Source: Haliotis rubra
Taxonomy: Eukaryota
NCBI RefSeq assembly: GCF_003918875.1
Contig: NW_025767725.1
Coordinates: 124,001 to 188,000 of the forward strand
DNA length: 64,000 nucleotides
Reading direction: 5' to 3'
Made by a program: the position numbers and the translations under genes. The notes under the pieces are model-generated. The model ran no database searches. It was not told the origin of the DNA and saw only the letters and a list, made by a program, of their open reading frames with translations. Shown here piece by piece: positions 52,280-63,861 of this stretch; positions within the stretch are counted from its first letter, which is position 1, and the number at the start of each line of letters is the position of its first letter.

Positions 52280-55200
52280 TCAAGCTTTAGGTGTCGTGTC
52301 TGCGGGTGGAACGCTTGGCACACTTGGAACACTTTCTGATGGAAACATGTCACTCGTGGGAAGTGATGTAGCGGCTGATGATGCTGGAGAACCACCAGAT
52401 GCTGGTTCACCAGTCCTGGCGGCTGCTGGCGCTGGAGATGCACCGGAAGTTGGTCCAGAAGGAGAAGACACATCAGTCGTAGCTGTCGATGAAGCTGGTG
52501 GTACACCAGATGTTGTCCCCACAGGCGGAAACGCTACTATGGGGGGTAACTGGGGAGTGTTAGAACTGTAGACTCCTTGAGTACTCATCGTCCGATGTCC
52601 TGATTCTTGAATTGACATCGTGGTATCTCTGGATTGTCCTGTGGCATTCCCTGAGAGTGGTGATACAGTGTAGGCTGGAGGCATAGCATTGTAAGAGGAA
52701 TATGCTGGCGGTGCGGGCACTGAAATACAGATTGCGACAAATCGTTAGATCATCTTTGGGTATGTGTGAACAAATATAATATAGTCCAGTCGTCAAGTGA
52801 GGATGATTGGTTGAATCGTGCATATTGCGTCAAGGGGTGAATCAGTAATTGAGAAATATATGACGTCAATCATTAGTTTTCCAAGATGGCAGCCAACAGG
52901 ACAAAACATATGTTCTGAAATGTACATACCACCACTCTGTTATTGTGTTAGAAATTAAACTTGGTAACGTATATATAACTTCAAAGTCTATGTCTATAGT
53001 GTATTGAAAAAGGAGGCGGGGGTGCAGTCAGTTGTTTTCCAAGATGGCTACAGAAAAACTGAAACAAAGCCAAAGAGAGTGAGTGAGTGAGTGAGTATGG
53101 TTTTAAGCCGCTGTTAGCAATATTCCAGCAATATCTCGGCAGGGGGACACCGAAATGGGTTTCAGATATTGTACCCATGTGGGGAATCGAACCCGGGTCT
53201 TCGGCGTGACGAGCGAACGCTTTAATCACTTGACTACCCCGGCTACATCTCGGCTGCTCAAAAGGCGCTTTGTTTATCCCTCGATCATTACATGTCAATC
53301 TCAACGGCACATCGTATTTTAGTCTCTACTCCCTGGGGATCATACAACTCGTGCAACCACTAGGCACACCAAGTTAGTGTTGCTTTTCCATCCTTACGAG
53401 GTACCCATTCACAGCCGGCTGGACTGCGACACATAGTAACGCAGTCCCAATTTACTGCACGTTGCTGTACCCGTGACTAGGTGTTGCACTATTCATTTGG
53501 ATTCGTGGGTTCCTTTAAGTGCACAGGGTTGTGTACTGTACACTAGGGGTTGTGACAACACTGAAAGAGTCTGCACACAAAGTTGACTCCAAGGTTTTTA
53601 CACCCGGGCACAGGCGGGCTCGATCCCGGCACCTCAAGATCGTTGGATCAATAGCCTGGCGCTTAAAACCCCAGCATTATATGATACTACAGCCACTGAG
53701 ATACTCATTTCTGATTAATTATTGAATGGCTTTATTTCCTCGTGTTCCTCGCCGACAGATAAGATAAAATTATGTATTTCCCAGCGGGAAATGCCACACT
53801 TACACAACGATCGGGTGACTTTGAGAATGAACACCTATCACATGCAGTCAAGCGACCATCACTGAGCATAATCGATTGTAATGCAAGGGTGATAACTATT
53901 GATATGTTTACTTCGTCTGCACAGTGGCAAGGTGTCGGTGAAAGAATTTGGTACCCATACTGTTGAAGAGTGAGTGAGTATGGTTTTACGCCGCTTCTAG
54001 CAATATTCCAGCAATATCACGGCGGGGGACAGTAGGAATGGGCTTCACACATTGTACCCTTGTGGGGAATCGATTCGGGACATCGGCGTGACGAGCGAAC
54101 GCTTTACCCACTAGGCTACCCAACCGCCCTACTGTTGAAAAGGACATTGTAGATCAACAGACGACGATTGTTCAGGAATGATAAAGTCTTTGCCAAAGTG
54201 TCTCTCGGAGTGTATGGCGGGATGTAACCCACAAGCCCGGAGTACGTAATGTCCCGGTACATACTCATATAGGTTACACAAAACCAAATGTTTTCCCATA
54301 GACTTCAATAGCAACGTCATATGTTCTTAAAAGATAACCAGGGCGTTTTAAGTCATTGCATGTACACATATGCACAGCATGGCCTTATGGCTGCAATAAA
54401 AACACAAATTGTGACTAGGTTACCCAATTCCTTTTCTGAGTACAGGTAGCTGAAGACAAAAAAACAGTACCGCACCAAATCTCGCCTACTAGTCCAGTCA
54501 TCCTGGTAAGATTCTGACCTAACCCACCACAAATTGCAACAGAAATGATTTCAACTGTTTTAAGACCCTGAACCATTCCCTTATAACATATAAAAAGTCT
54601 GGGAAAATCTCAGTGGTGGAACAAGGTCAAATTCGACCCTCAAGGTCATAGGGGTCATCTTCGCTTTCGAAATCTTAGATGTTGCAATTTGTGGTGGGTA
54701 TTCACATAAACTGACTGGACTATACTTGAAAATATCTATGCACACATTCAGCGTAAGTCACCGTGTTATATAAGGCAGCATAATATATTTAAAAATGTGG
54801 TCAGTTTTATTTACTGGAGAGATGAAAAACATAATCATCTTACACAATTTCATCCAATCACAGCTGTCATATGCCTCCATCAGAACTGAAGTTTACTTAC
54901 GATACTTGCTTAGGGAGCAAATTTATTTTATTTAGTGTAGTAGATCCTGGCCAGTCTGTGACTATGTGTGTCGATCATGTGATATGGACCATTCATAAAA
55001 CACTAATTTAACTATGCTTGTAATTTTGGAACACGCAGCACAGATCCCTCACAGATCCTATTCTCTCCATTGTAACATCAGGCTCTTGCGTACATATCCG
55101 TTATACTTACTGGTGTAAGGCGGTATAGGGGAGATAACTCTGCCTTTGTATCCTGACTTTGTACATGACTTGATGATGATGATGACGATGCCGCAGCAGC

Positions 55201-56922
55201 ATCCCAGTACCAGCAAGGAAATGATGACGGCTATAGCTATAATCCAGCCATCTACGGTGTCTCTGTAGACGGAAGATGTGTAAGCGTAATCACGATTGGT
55301 TGTGAGTGAGTATGGTTTTACGCCGCGTTTAACGGTATTCCAGATATACCACGGCGGTGGACACCTAAAATGGGCTTCACACATTGCACCTTACCCAAAT
55401 GGGATTCGAACCCGGGTATTTGGCGTGACGAGCGAACACTTTAACCACTAGGCTACCCTGTCGAGCAAACAGCTATTTGTATCATGGACTGTTTGATATG
55501 GGAGAGACGGCCGAAGTGATGTTGATCGTTAAGCAAACTAAACTACACGGTAAAAGAAAGTATACATTTCAAAATTAGATTCGGAAAAATAGCAAACGTT
55601 CTGGAAACGTCATTATAAGCAGTAGCAAAAATATAATGAATTGTTGAGGTCCAAAACACAACGTTGATGTTAGTATCAGACATCACCATCGATTTCCTAT
55701 TTCTTGTTTGGTTCTCACTTAGTCATTAAACATAGGTGTGGTCATTGAGGGGGAATCTGATATCCTAACACGCATAAGGGAGGTTACTCTTCAGACAGCA
55801 CTGTAGCGCCTCAGATAACCTGAATACGAACAGTAAATATTATGTCCCTGCAAATTAACACTATCGACTTCGTTGTTGATTTCACTTCAGAAAACATAGA
55901 TATTGATATCACACTACTTGCGTTCTATATAGGAAATATAATGTCAACCTGTCGAGTATTCATAAGCCTGAAACAACGCCCAATGTTAAAACGACTTTTA
56001 ACGTCAAAGATAGTACGTACATGTAGCAACATTGCTGGCTGTATGAAGATGAGCAGCATTTCTCGGGGCAGGTGAAGGTGACGGTGTTGCTGCTGAAGGT
56101 GCTCTCAAACGCCGTACACTGCACACACAACACGCCTGCAACAGAATACCTTAATCACAAAAGGCATTTAGAACATATAAGTATTTTTTTCAAAAGAGGG
56201 TCAACCAAAGACGATACCTCTATGTCATGTAGTGCACCAACCCTATTGATGGTATCCTCTGGGAGTAATGCTTCATCTACTTTCATGGCGTCTATTGCGG
56301 CGGCGTCCCAACAATAACTTGTTTAAGATCGTCTGCACGTGAGATTCGTAAATCTACATTTTATTCCTTTTCCCCAGCAACCAAAAACATAGAAACTAAC
56401 CTAACGCAGCTCCAAATGTCGGATTATGTGTCCCTCGTGAAACAATGGCATCATTTACAGTTGTTACCTAGTTCTGCAGCACATTCATCATGTAAAAAAG
56501 GCAACAAAAAACTGTTTCTATAGTTTAAGAAATCTCCACATATATATTTATATTCTGTACATATCCTAAGCATGTGTTTATGAATCGCTATCAAATGGTG
56601 AAGGCGATAGCATATATTCCGTATATATCATAAGCTCTTGTTTATGAATCGCTATCAAATGGTGGGGCGATAGCATATATTCCGTATATATCATAAGCAT
56701 TTGTTTATGAAGCACTATTAAATAGATGTAAAGTGTACGGGTATTTCTGTGGCGATATTAAAGTGAACCACGACGAACCCCACATCATGGTAAGGTCAAT
56801 CGGTCAATTACAAACCATCTACACAAATGAAACCATGGCAACGAGATCAGAACCAGATTATACTTACCGTTAACACAGAAAACGCCCCAAATGAAAAAGA
56901 GTAGCAGCACACCCATGGTCAT
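52280..56922 (-). CDS. G5: Shisa-like/CYYR1-like single-pass membrane protein, ~253 aa, two PPxY; join(56922-56868, 56135-56021, 55262-55111, 52719-52280)
   Basis: MTMGVLLLFFIWGVFCVNG|VLCVQCTAFESTFSSNTVTFTCPEKCCSSSYSQQCCYI|DTVDGWIIAIAVIISLLVLGCCCGIVIIIIKSCTKSGYKGRVISPIPPYT|MPAPPAYSSYNAMPPAYT...PKA*; GT-AG, phases 1-2-1; the start may be the second ATG (56916, ACCATGG). Confidence 0.9.
53078..53665 (-). mobile_element. SINE family 1 (53078-53243) adjoining SINE family 4 (53255-53665)
   Basis: Family sequence matches. Confidence 0.75.
53968..54129 (-). mobile_element. SINE family 1
   Basis: TSD TACTGTTGAA on both sides. Confidence 0.85.
55301..55458 (-). mobile_element. SINE family 1, tail ~40 nt upstream of the G5 exon-3 acceptor
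   Basis: A/B boxes and tail. Confidence 0.8.
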
Positions 56923-57261
56923 CTCATTTCTCGAAGTTGTACAGACTAATCTACACCTACCTTGTATTAACGAAGTAATCTTCGTCGTTCACGACACTGT
57001 CTGTCGTGTATGCCGTTATTATGTTTGCAAACATATGCACGTGCCATATCGAAGCACATGTTGAATATGTCTCAGCGGGGTGTACTGTACTTCACGAACA
57101 CCGACATGTTTGCTGAGTAAAGAAGTTACTGTGTGGGCCAAATAAACATACATCTACATGTAAAGGTGGGTTCAATGCTGTGGAACACGATTAAAGTTTA
57201 CTGAGCGACCACCAAGACGGGCTAGACCGTCTACTTGCTGAGCGGTAAGTTGATCTAAAAT

Positions 57262-57509
57262 NNNNNNNNNNNNNNNNNNNNNNNNNNNNNNNNNNNNNNN
57301 NNNNNNNNNNNNNNNNNNNNNNNNNNNNNNNNNNNNNNNNNNNNNNNNNNNNNNNNNNNNNNNNNNNNNNNNNNNNNNNNNNNNNNNNNNNNNNNNNNNN
57401 NNNNNNNNNNNNNNNNNNNNNNNNNNNNNNNNNNNNNNNNNNNNNNNNNNNNNNNNNNNNNNNNNNNNNNNNNNNNNNNNNNNNNNNNNNNNNNNNNNNN
57501 NNNNNNNNN
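57262..57509. other. Assembly gap (248 N)
   Basis: N run. Confidence 1.
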
Positions 57510-58354
57510 ATGCACGTCGCATTTCACATCATCAGCGGTAATTACTAAACAGGGTATTTATGTATATGATTCTCCATATAGACGAATTTTGAATAAATTG
57601 TGCATCACCTGCTTTCTTGCTTCTAAACATTCCTTCATGTCTCCCCGGTCTAATGGACCCTAAACAATAACACGAATAAACGTCATTTTTCTGATTTACT
57701 TGCTGTTGTTAAAATGGTGCCGTCAATTTCTTCAGGTACATTTGTGGTTAGGAAATTGGTCATTATTGACCAGGTAGAAATCAGGAAGTCTGCATGACAA
57801 AACCAATATAAATAAGGGCGTGTCTTGGTGTTTATCGACTGATATATAATGAACTGGACAATGACATTAGACGAATGCTCTAAATCAATAACAAGATGCG
57901 AACACTTCATAGTATTCTTTATTACTTCCTGTCATTTACCGGTCATGTTTTGATAATGATGAATTCAGTGTCTAGAATCAGACATTATATAGTCATGAAC
58001 GAGATGAAAAATCTATACTGGAGATCATTACAAATGCTGGGTCTTTTTGCACCCTTACAACGATGTTTTCACACCCGATGGTATTCAGATGGAATTGTTA
58101 GTCCTGACAGGTTTACTTCAAACATTCAAATAACATTTGTATTACTTTGTTTTTCTGATAATTCAAATTGCATGATGAATACCAAAACCGGATACACATG
58201 AAGATGTTCCGACCCGCTGACTGGGCTGATGGAGGTCTTTGTATCTCAATTGCGTAGATCATGAAGCCAGTCAATGGAAGGCTGTCTTGTATTTCTGAAA
58301 GTGACGTTAAAAACAAGAAACAAATCAAATGAAACTGGTATTCAGGAACGTCCA

Positions 58355-58670
58355 ATAGCCAAGTTTTGTATAGAATATGGTCTCAAGGTCAGTTTGGATA
58401 AGACAAAAGTTGTCTTTTTTCAGAAAGGTGGTAGCTTATCAAAACGAGAAAGTTGGTTGTATAATGGTAGGAAATTGGAAGATGTAACTTCATATATGTA
58501 CCTAGGTATAACATATACAAGGGGCTTAACTTGGTCTAGTCATTGTTCTAATGCAGCTTTGCAAGGTGAAAAGGCTTTATTTGGTGTTCTTAAAAAATTA
58601 AGTAACCTAGGTAATATATCTCATGAATAATTCCTTAAGCTATTTGATATGAAAATAGCTCCTATTCTAA
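58355..58670 (+). mobile_element. LINE RT C-terminal fragment
   Basis: FCIEYGLKVSLDKTKVVFF...VTSYMYLGITY...WSSH in ORF 58274-58630. Confidence 0.75.
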
Positions 58671-59061
58671 TCCTAATAACATATCTAGCTTTATCTATCA
58701 TGCAATGCATCTAAGATGTTAAAATTATCAATTTATAATGTACACACAATGTTTTGCCATGCACAATGCAACTTATGTAATTATGGGCCGCTGGCCTACA
58801 CTTCTATAATAAAAGAATTGGACAGCCAAGTTTCGCACATTGCATTGAGAACCAGATAATACAGTTTTGTTCCCTTTAAACTTTTGAGGGTCTGTTGTCC
58901 CTGAAGAGATTGCTATTGTTATACAAGAGACCAAATGCAAGGATACAATATTTCGTTGTGCTCATCGTCATGATTAAAGCATTAACAGTTACATCACACC
59001 AGGGAGAGACAACCCCGCCCTATTCCGCATAACCAAACATATCTTCTTATCGGTTCGGGAG

Positions 59062-59300
59062 ACCAGCGAAGGTCCGAGTTAAAATTGGTCTTCAGCAACC
59101 CATGCTTGTCGTAAGAGGCGACTAACGGGATCAGGTGGTCAGGCTCACTGACTTGGTTGACACATGTCATCGTGAGTCAATTGCGCAGATCGATGCTCAT
59201 GCTGTTGATCACTGGGTTATTTGGAATAGACGCGATTATTTACAGACCGCCGCCATATATATGTAGCTGGCATATTGCTGAGTGCGGCATTAAACAACAA
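59062..59300 (+). mobile_element. Retroposon family 2
   Basis: Family head and tail. Confidence 0.8.
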
Positions 59301-60339
59301 ATGGGGACTTTGGATTGATGATGCTGGTGGTTTAAAGAGCTGTTTAAACAGCAGTACGATTACTGAGTCCAATGGGGTACGACTACTGCTGTCAGTCGCT
59401 CTTCAATGTGCTTCGACGGATGGCCATCGAGGACTGTTCTGTACTCAAGCTTGTCCATGCCTCAATAGAGGTACATGTGATTAGATTTCACGTGACCGGA
59501 AACTAGCGACATGTGCATGTCAATACGTGCATGTGAATGATATAAACCAGTCTTCAATATCATACAGTTATTTTCATCATGCACATATCAGAAGTATTTT
59601 AGGCTCAAGCTTTTTTATAGTAAATTCTGTATGCATGTATTACAGTCATTTTTAAAAAATGCTAACAAAAATCTTTCTGCAGAATCTTTTAGCACTGTCT
59701 CTTAAGAAACGGACGACATTAGAATAAGAATAAGTGTTTCGTATTGACTCAAGTGTCACGTGTCTTAGGACTGGTCAATATAGAGCAATATTGAGTCAGG
59801 AGTTTTATAAGAGTAAATCAGTTTGTTTCATCTTGATCGGGATCAGGATTTGCCATGTAAACTCCATAATTCCTCGAAGCTTCAATGTGCTCTAATAATT
59901 AACGACAAAAGGTAAATTCCAAAACGGATATATTTTAATGCATTTGTAAAGTAAACTATGCAGTATATTACATATCATATATATGCAAAGGTTGAGGTAA
60001 AAGATACTTCACTTTAGGTGTCTCGGGGTACAATGCTTCAGCTATTTCAACATCAGATTCAAATAGTTGATATGATGTTATTCAATGTAGATTCAATGAT
60101 TCAATTATGTTAATAAGACACAAAACAAGAGTAAAATTATATGCCAATCTGCTTCACTACAGTTCAAAGTGGCGTTGAACTCAGCTGTATCATATATGTG
60201 GGCAGAATCGGTCACTTGATACCATGGCCAGCTCAATTTGAGTTCAGAACATATAAAGCATGGGTTTGATGCAGAACTGGCGCCGGTTGTATGACAAACG
60301 CTCATGTCGTGTTAAAGGTTTAATGAACAATATCAGAAT

Positions 60340-60717
60340 GGAATAGATAGAGGATATTAAATGAGTGCCATGTCATACTATGTTTACGACACTAGTGCCT
60401 AAATGTTGGTATTTCCCGAGCGAGAGCGAGGGATATACCGTTATTTAGGCACGAGTGTCGTAAACATAGTGTGATATGGGCACGAATATAATATTCTGTT
60501 TATTACCGAAGTCGTCAAATTGAGAAAAATAAACCCAAATCTACTTTCAAACACAGGCTGGCTACCCGCCGTCGCCGCTTGTAGAACGCAACGTCACAGA
60601 AAAACGTGATGTCACAGCCTTGTTCATGACGTCACGTCACCACGACAAAGTGATATTTTGCCCTAGGGCATCGTATGAAAAATATGAACCCCGATATGTT
60701 TCGCCCTCGTAGGTAAT
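60340..60717. mobile_element. Non-autonomous element with a long internal palindrome (possibly Crypton-like)
   Basis: ACTATGTTTACGACACTAGTGCCTAAAT...ATTTAGGCACGAGTGTCGTAAACATAGT hairpin; class is a guess. Confidence 0.45.
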
Positions 60718-60811
60718 ACACACAAATAGTATCTATAAGGTTCATCGAGAGATAAAGTTGTATTTAATACAACTATGCACCGCTGATATTACATCTTCTC
60801 TCAAAACTAGG

Positions 60812-61523
60812 TTATTTACGGAAAGTAGTGGCACTAGGTGCGACAGGAGCAGGAACAGAATCAGGGAGAGGAGATTGAAACGGTCCAAACGGATCAGGAT
60901 CCGAAGTGTCTTCCTGGGGTGGATCAGGAGGCTTCTCAGATGATGTTTGATCAGGATTTGAATCCCCAGCATTATCATCTTGGAGATTTTTCGCTGCATC
61001 CTCTTCCTCTGATATGATTGCCTTTGTTGTGGATGTATCTTCAGGCGCATCCTGTCCACCAGTTGTAGCTTGACTTTCAGATGGATCTTGTCCAAGAGGA
61101 AGGGGTTGACCTTGTCCTGGAGGTGGGGCTTGACCGTCAGGTGGAGCTTGTTCTGAAGGCGGGCCTGGGGCTGTCGGAGCTTGTACTGGAGGCGGGACAG
61201 GACCAGGAGGTGGGGCTTGACTACCATAAGGAGGCTGATATCCAGGGCTCTGTGATGGATACGGACCTATCCTCGCAGTATTTGGGTATGGTGTTGGCCC
61301 CATGTTGTAACCAGGGGCTCCGGAAGTGGGTCCGTAATACTGAGCTGTATTTGGATACGGTGTGGGGCCAAACTTGTAAGGAGCTGGGCCGGGGGCTGAA
61401 TAAGGAGCAGGGCCAGGGGCTGAATAAGGAGCCATGCCGGGATAAGGAGATGCGTTTGGGTATGCGGAATACGAAGGGGGTGTCTCCCCTTGGTGTGGAG
61501 GTCGTCCGCTCATCTGATCAGAT
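60812..61523 (-). CDS. G6: terminal proline/tyrosine-rich tail exon of a further cluster member (upstream exons not found in the window)
   Basis: Open frame of ~236 codons with PPSY, repeated APY/GPAPY/GPTPY and an acidic C-terminus; acceptor TTGCTTCCAG at 61524-61525; same strand and style as the G2-G5 last exons, but apparent phase 2 rather than 1. Confidence 0.75.
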
Positions 61524-61701
61524 CTGGAAGCAATCACAAGCGTATATTAGTTATTTTAAAAGGAAATACTTATGCATAGTCGGAATAATTAGTGATTGTT
61601 AAATATATGTATGCGCTGAACTGATTTTAGGGATATATTATTCACAGATAACCCAGTCGTCAAAAAAGCTGCAATTCGCGAGTTGGGTTCCTTGAGGGTG
61701 C

Positions 61702-61952
61702 ACCCGTGAAGGTCCGGGTTAGAATATTGATCTTCAGTATCCCATGCTTGTCGTAAGAGGCGACTAACGGGGTTGGATGGTCAAGCTCGCTGACTTGGTT
61801 GACACATGTCATCGGTTCCCAATTGCGCAGATCGATGCTCATGCTGTTGATCACTGGATTGTCTGGTCCAGACTCGATTATTTACAGACCGCCGCCATAT
61901 AGCTGGGATATTGCTGAGTGCGGCGCAAAACAAAACTCACTCACTCACTCAG
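61702..61952 (+). mobile_element. Retroposon family 2, full length (251 bp)
   Basis: 13-bp TSD TCCTTGAGGGTGC at 61689-61701 and 61953-61965. Confidence 0.92.
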
Positions 61953-62107
61953 TCCTTGAGGGTGCTGAAAAAAGTCGTGGTTTCGAATTTTGACGATCCA
62001 TCAAGATTATATGTCAATATTTGTCAGCGCCACAATTTTGCCCGTGAGTTTTACCTAAGTTGATACATGTAGACCCTGCACTACCAGTGGTTTTCCCCAA
62101 CATGAAG

Positions 62108-62462
62108 GTGAGGTGAGGTGAGGTGAAATTTACGTCGTGCTTTAGAATATTTCGCTCATATGACGACGTGCATGTGTGTGTATGTGTTTGTGCGGCTGCT
62201 TGTACTAGCCCAGACTGAAGCTTGTTTTATAGTGCTAGCCCACTGAGATACCATACCGCAGTGAAGCATGAATACCCCACTCAGACACATTATACTGACT
62301 CTGAGCCGACCAGTCCTTGTTATACCCATTAATGCCGAGCGCCAGGCAGGGACCAACAGGTACCACATTTTAACGTCTTTTGGTATGACGCGGTCGGGGA
62401 TCGAACCCGCGACCTTCCGCTCTCCGGGCGGACGCTCTTACCACTACACCACGGAGGCGGTC
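62108..62462 (-). mobile_element. tRNA-derived SINE family M
   Basis: 13-bp TSD CCCCAACATGAAG at 62095-62107 and 62464-62476; matches 4732-5088. Confidence 0.9.
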
Positions 62463-62808
62463 CCCCCAACATGAAGCTGACACGTGGTGAAATGACCAAG
62501 ATAGCCATTAAACAAGGCGTCAATTCTTACGCACTTTCAGTTTCTGATTGTGTTAGCATAACAGAATCAAGTTATATGCATGTACGAGGTGGGCGAGTGA
62601 GATTTGACGCCACTTTTTGAAATATTTATCCATATCGCAGCGAAAAAAAGACAATGAACCAGTGGTGTCTTGGGTTTTCTACGTTCGAGACAAAATCGGC
62701 CATGATCTCCCTTCATAGATTTCATGGACTCTTGTTTTGAATTTTTTTTATCTGGTCGTCAGTGGTGAAACTTTCACAAACGTTTTATGGCAGGCATGTG
62801 GAGGACAT

Positions 62809-63861
62809 TTCTCAGATCTCACACAGCCAGTTTTCATTTCAATCCATGTGATTCCATAATGGGTGTAGGATATAACTGCTCTAAGATCTTACACAGCCAG
62901 TTTTCATTTGGCTGTGTAATGAAAACTGGCTGGGTAACATCTTAGAGCAGTTATATCCTACACCCATTATGGAATCACATGGATTGAAATGAAAACTGGC
63001 TGTGTGAGATCTTAGATCAGTTATATCCTACACCCATTATGGAATCACATGGATTTAAGTAAAAACTGGCTGTGTGAGATCTTAGAGCAGTTATATCCTA
63101 CACCCATATTGGAACCACATTGATTGAATTGAAAACTGGCTGTGTGAGATCTTAGAGCAGTTATATCCTACACTCATTATGGAATCACATGGATTGAAAT
63201 GAAAACTGGCTGTGCAAGATCTTATAGCAGTTATATCCTACACCCATTATAGAATCACATGGATTGAAATGAAAACTGGCTGTGTAAGATCTTAGAGCAG
63301 TTATATCCTACACCCATTATGGAATCACATGGATTGAAATGAAAACTGGCTGTGTGAGATCTTAGAGCAGTTATATCCTACACTCATTATGGAATCACAT
63401 GGATTGAAATGAAAACTGGCTGTGTAAGATCTAAGAGCAGTTATATCCTACACCCATTATGGAATCACATGGATTGAAATGAAAACTGGCTGTGTAAGAT
63501 CTTAGAGCAGTTATATCCTACACCCATTATGGAATCACATGGATTGAAATGAAAACTGGCTGTGTAAGATCTTAGAGCAGTTATATCCTACACCCATTAT
63601 GGAATCACATGGATTGAAATGAAAAACTGGCTGTGTGAGATCTGTGAGATATATCCTACATCCATTATGGAATCACATGGATTGAAATGAAAACTGGCTG
63701 TGTGAGATCTTAGAGCAGTTATATCCTACACCCATTATGGAATCACATGGATTGAAATGAAAACTGGCTGTGTGAGATCTTAGAGCAGTTATATCCTACA
63801 TCCATTATGGAACCACATGGATTGAAATGAAAACTGGCTGGGTAAAATCTTAGAGCAGTTA
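62809..63861. repeat. 70-bp tandem repeat (~13 copies, 62921-63861) preceded by ~1.4 inverted units
   Basis: (G/A)AAAACTGGC at 62921, 62991, 63061 and onward; inverted copy 62813-62909. Confidence 0.95.

Noticed and set aside
55788-55819. Possible 32-nt microexon (LSEALQCCLK) in G5 intron 2
   Set aside because: It has AG/GT flanks but would shift the frame between exons 2 and 3, and there is no other support.
61081-61602. Plus-strand ORFs opposite the proline-rich exons (also 52296-52571, 43341-43568, 36511-36720, 18467-18703)
   Set aside because: Antisense shadows of the real minus-strand exons.
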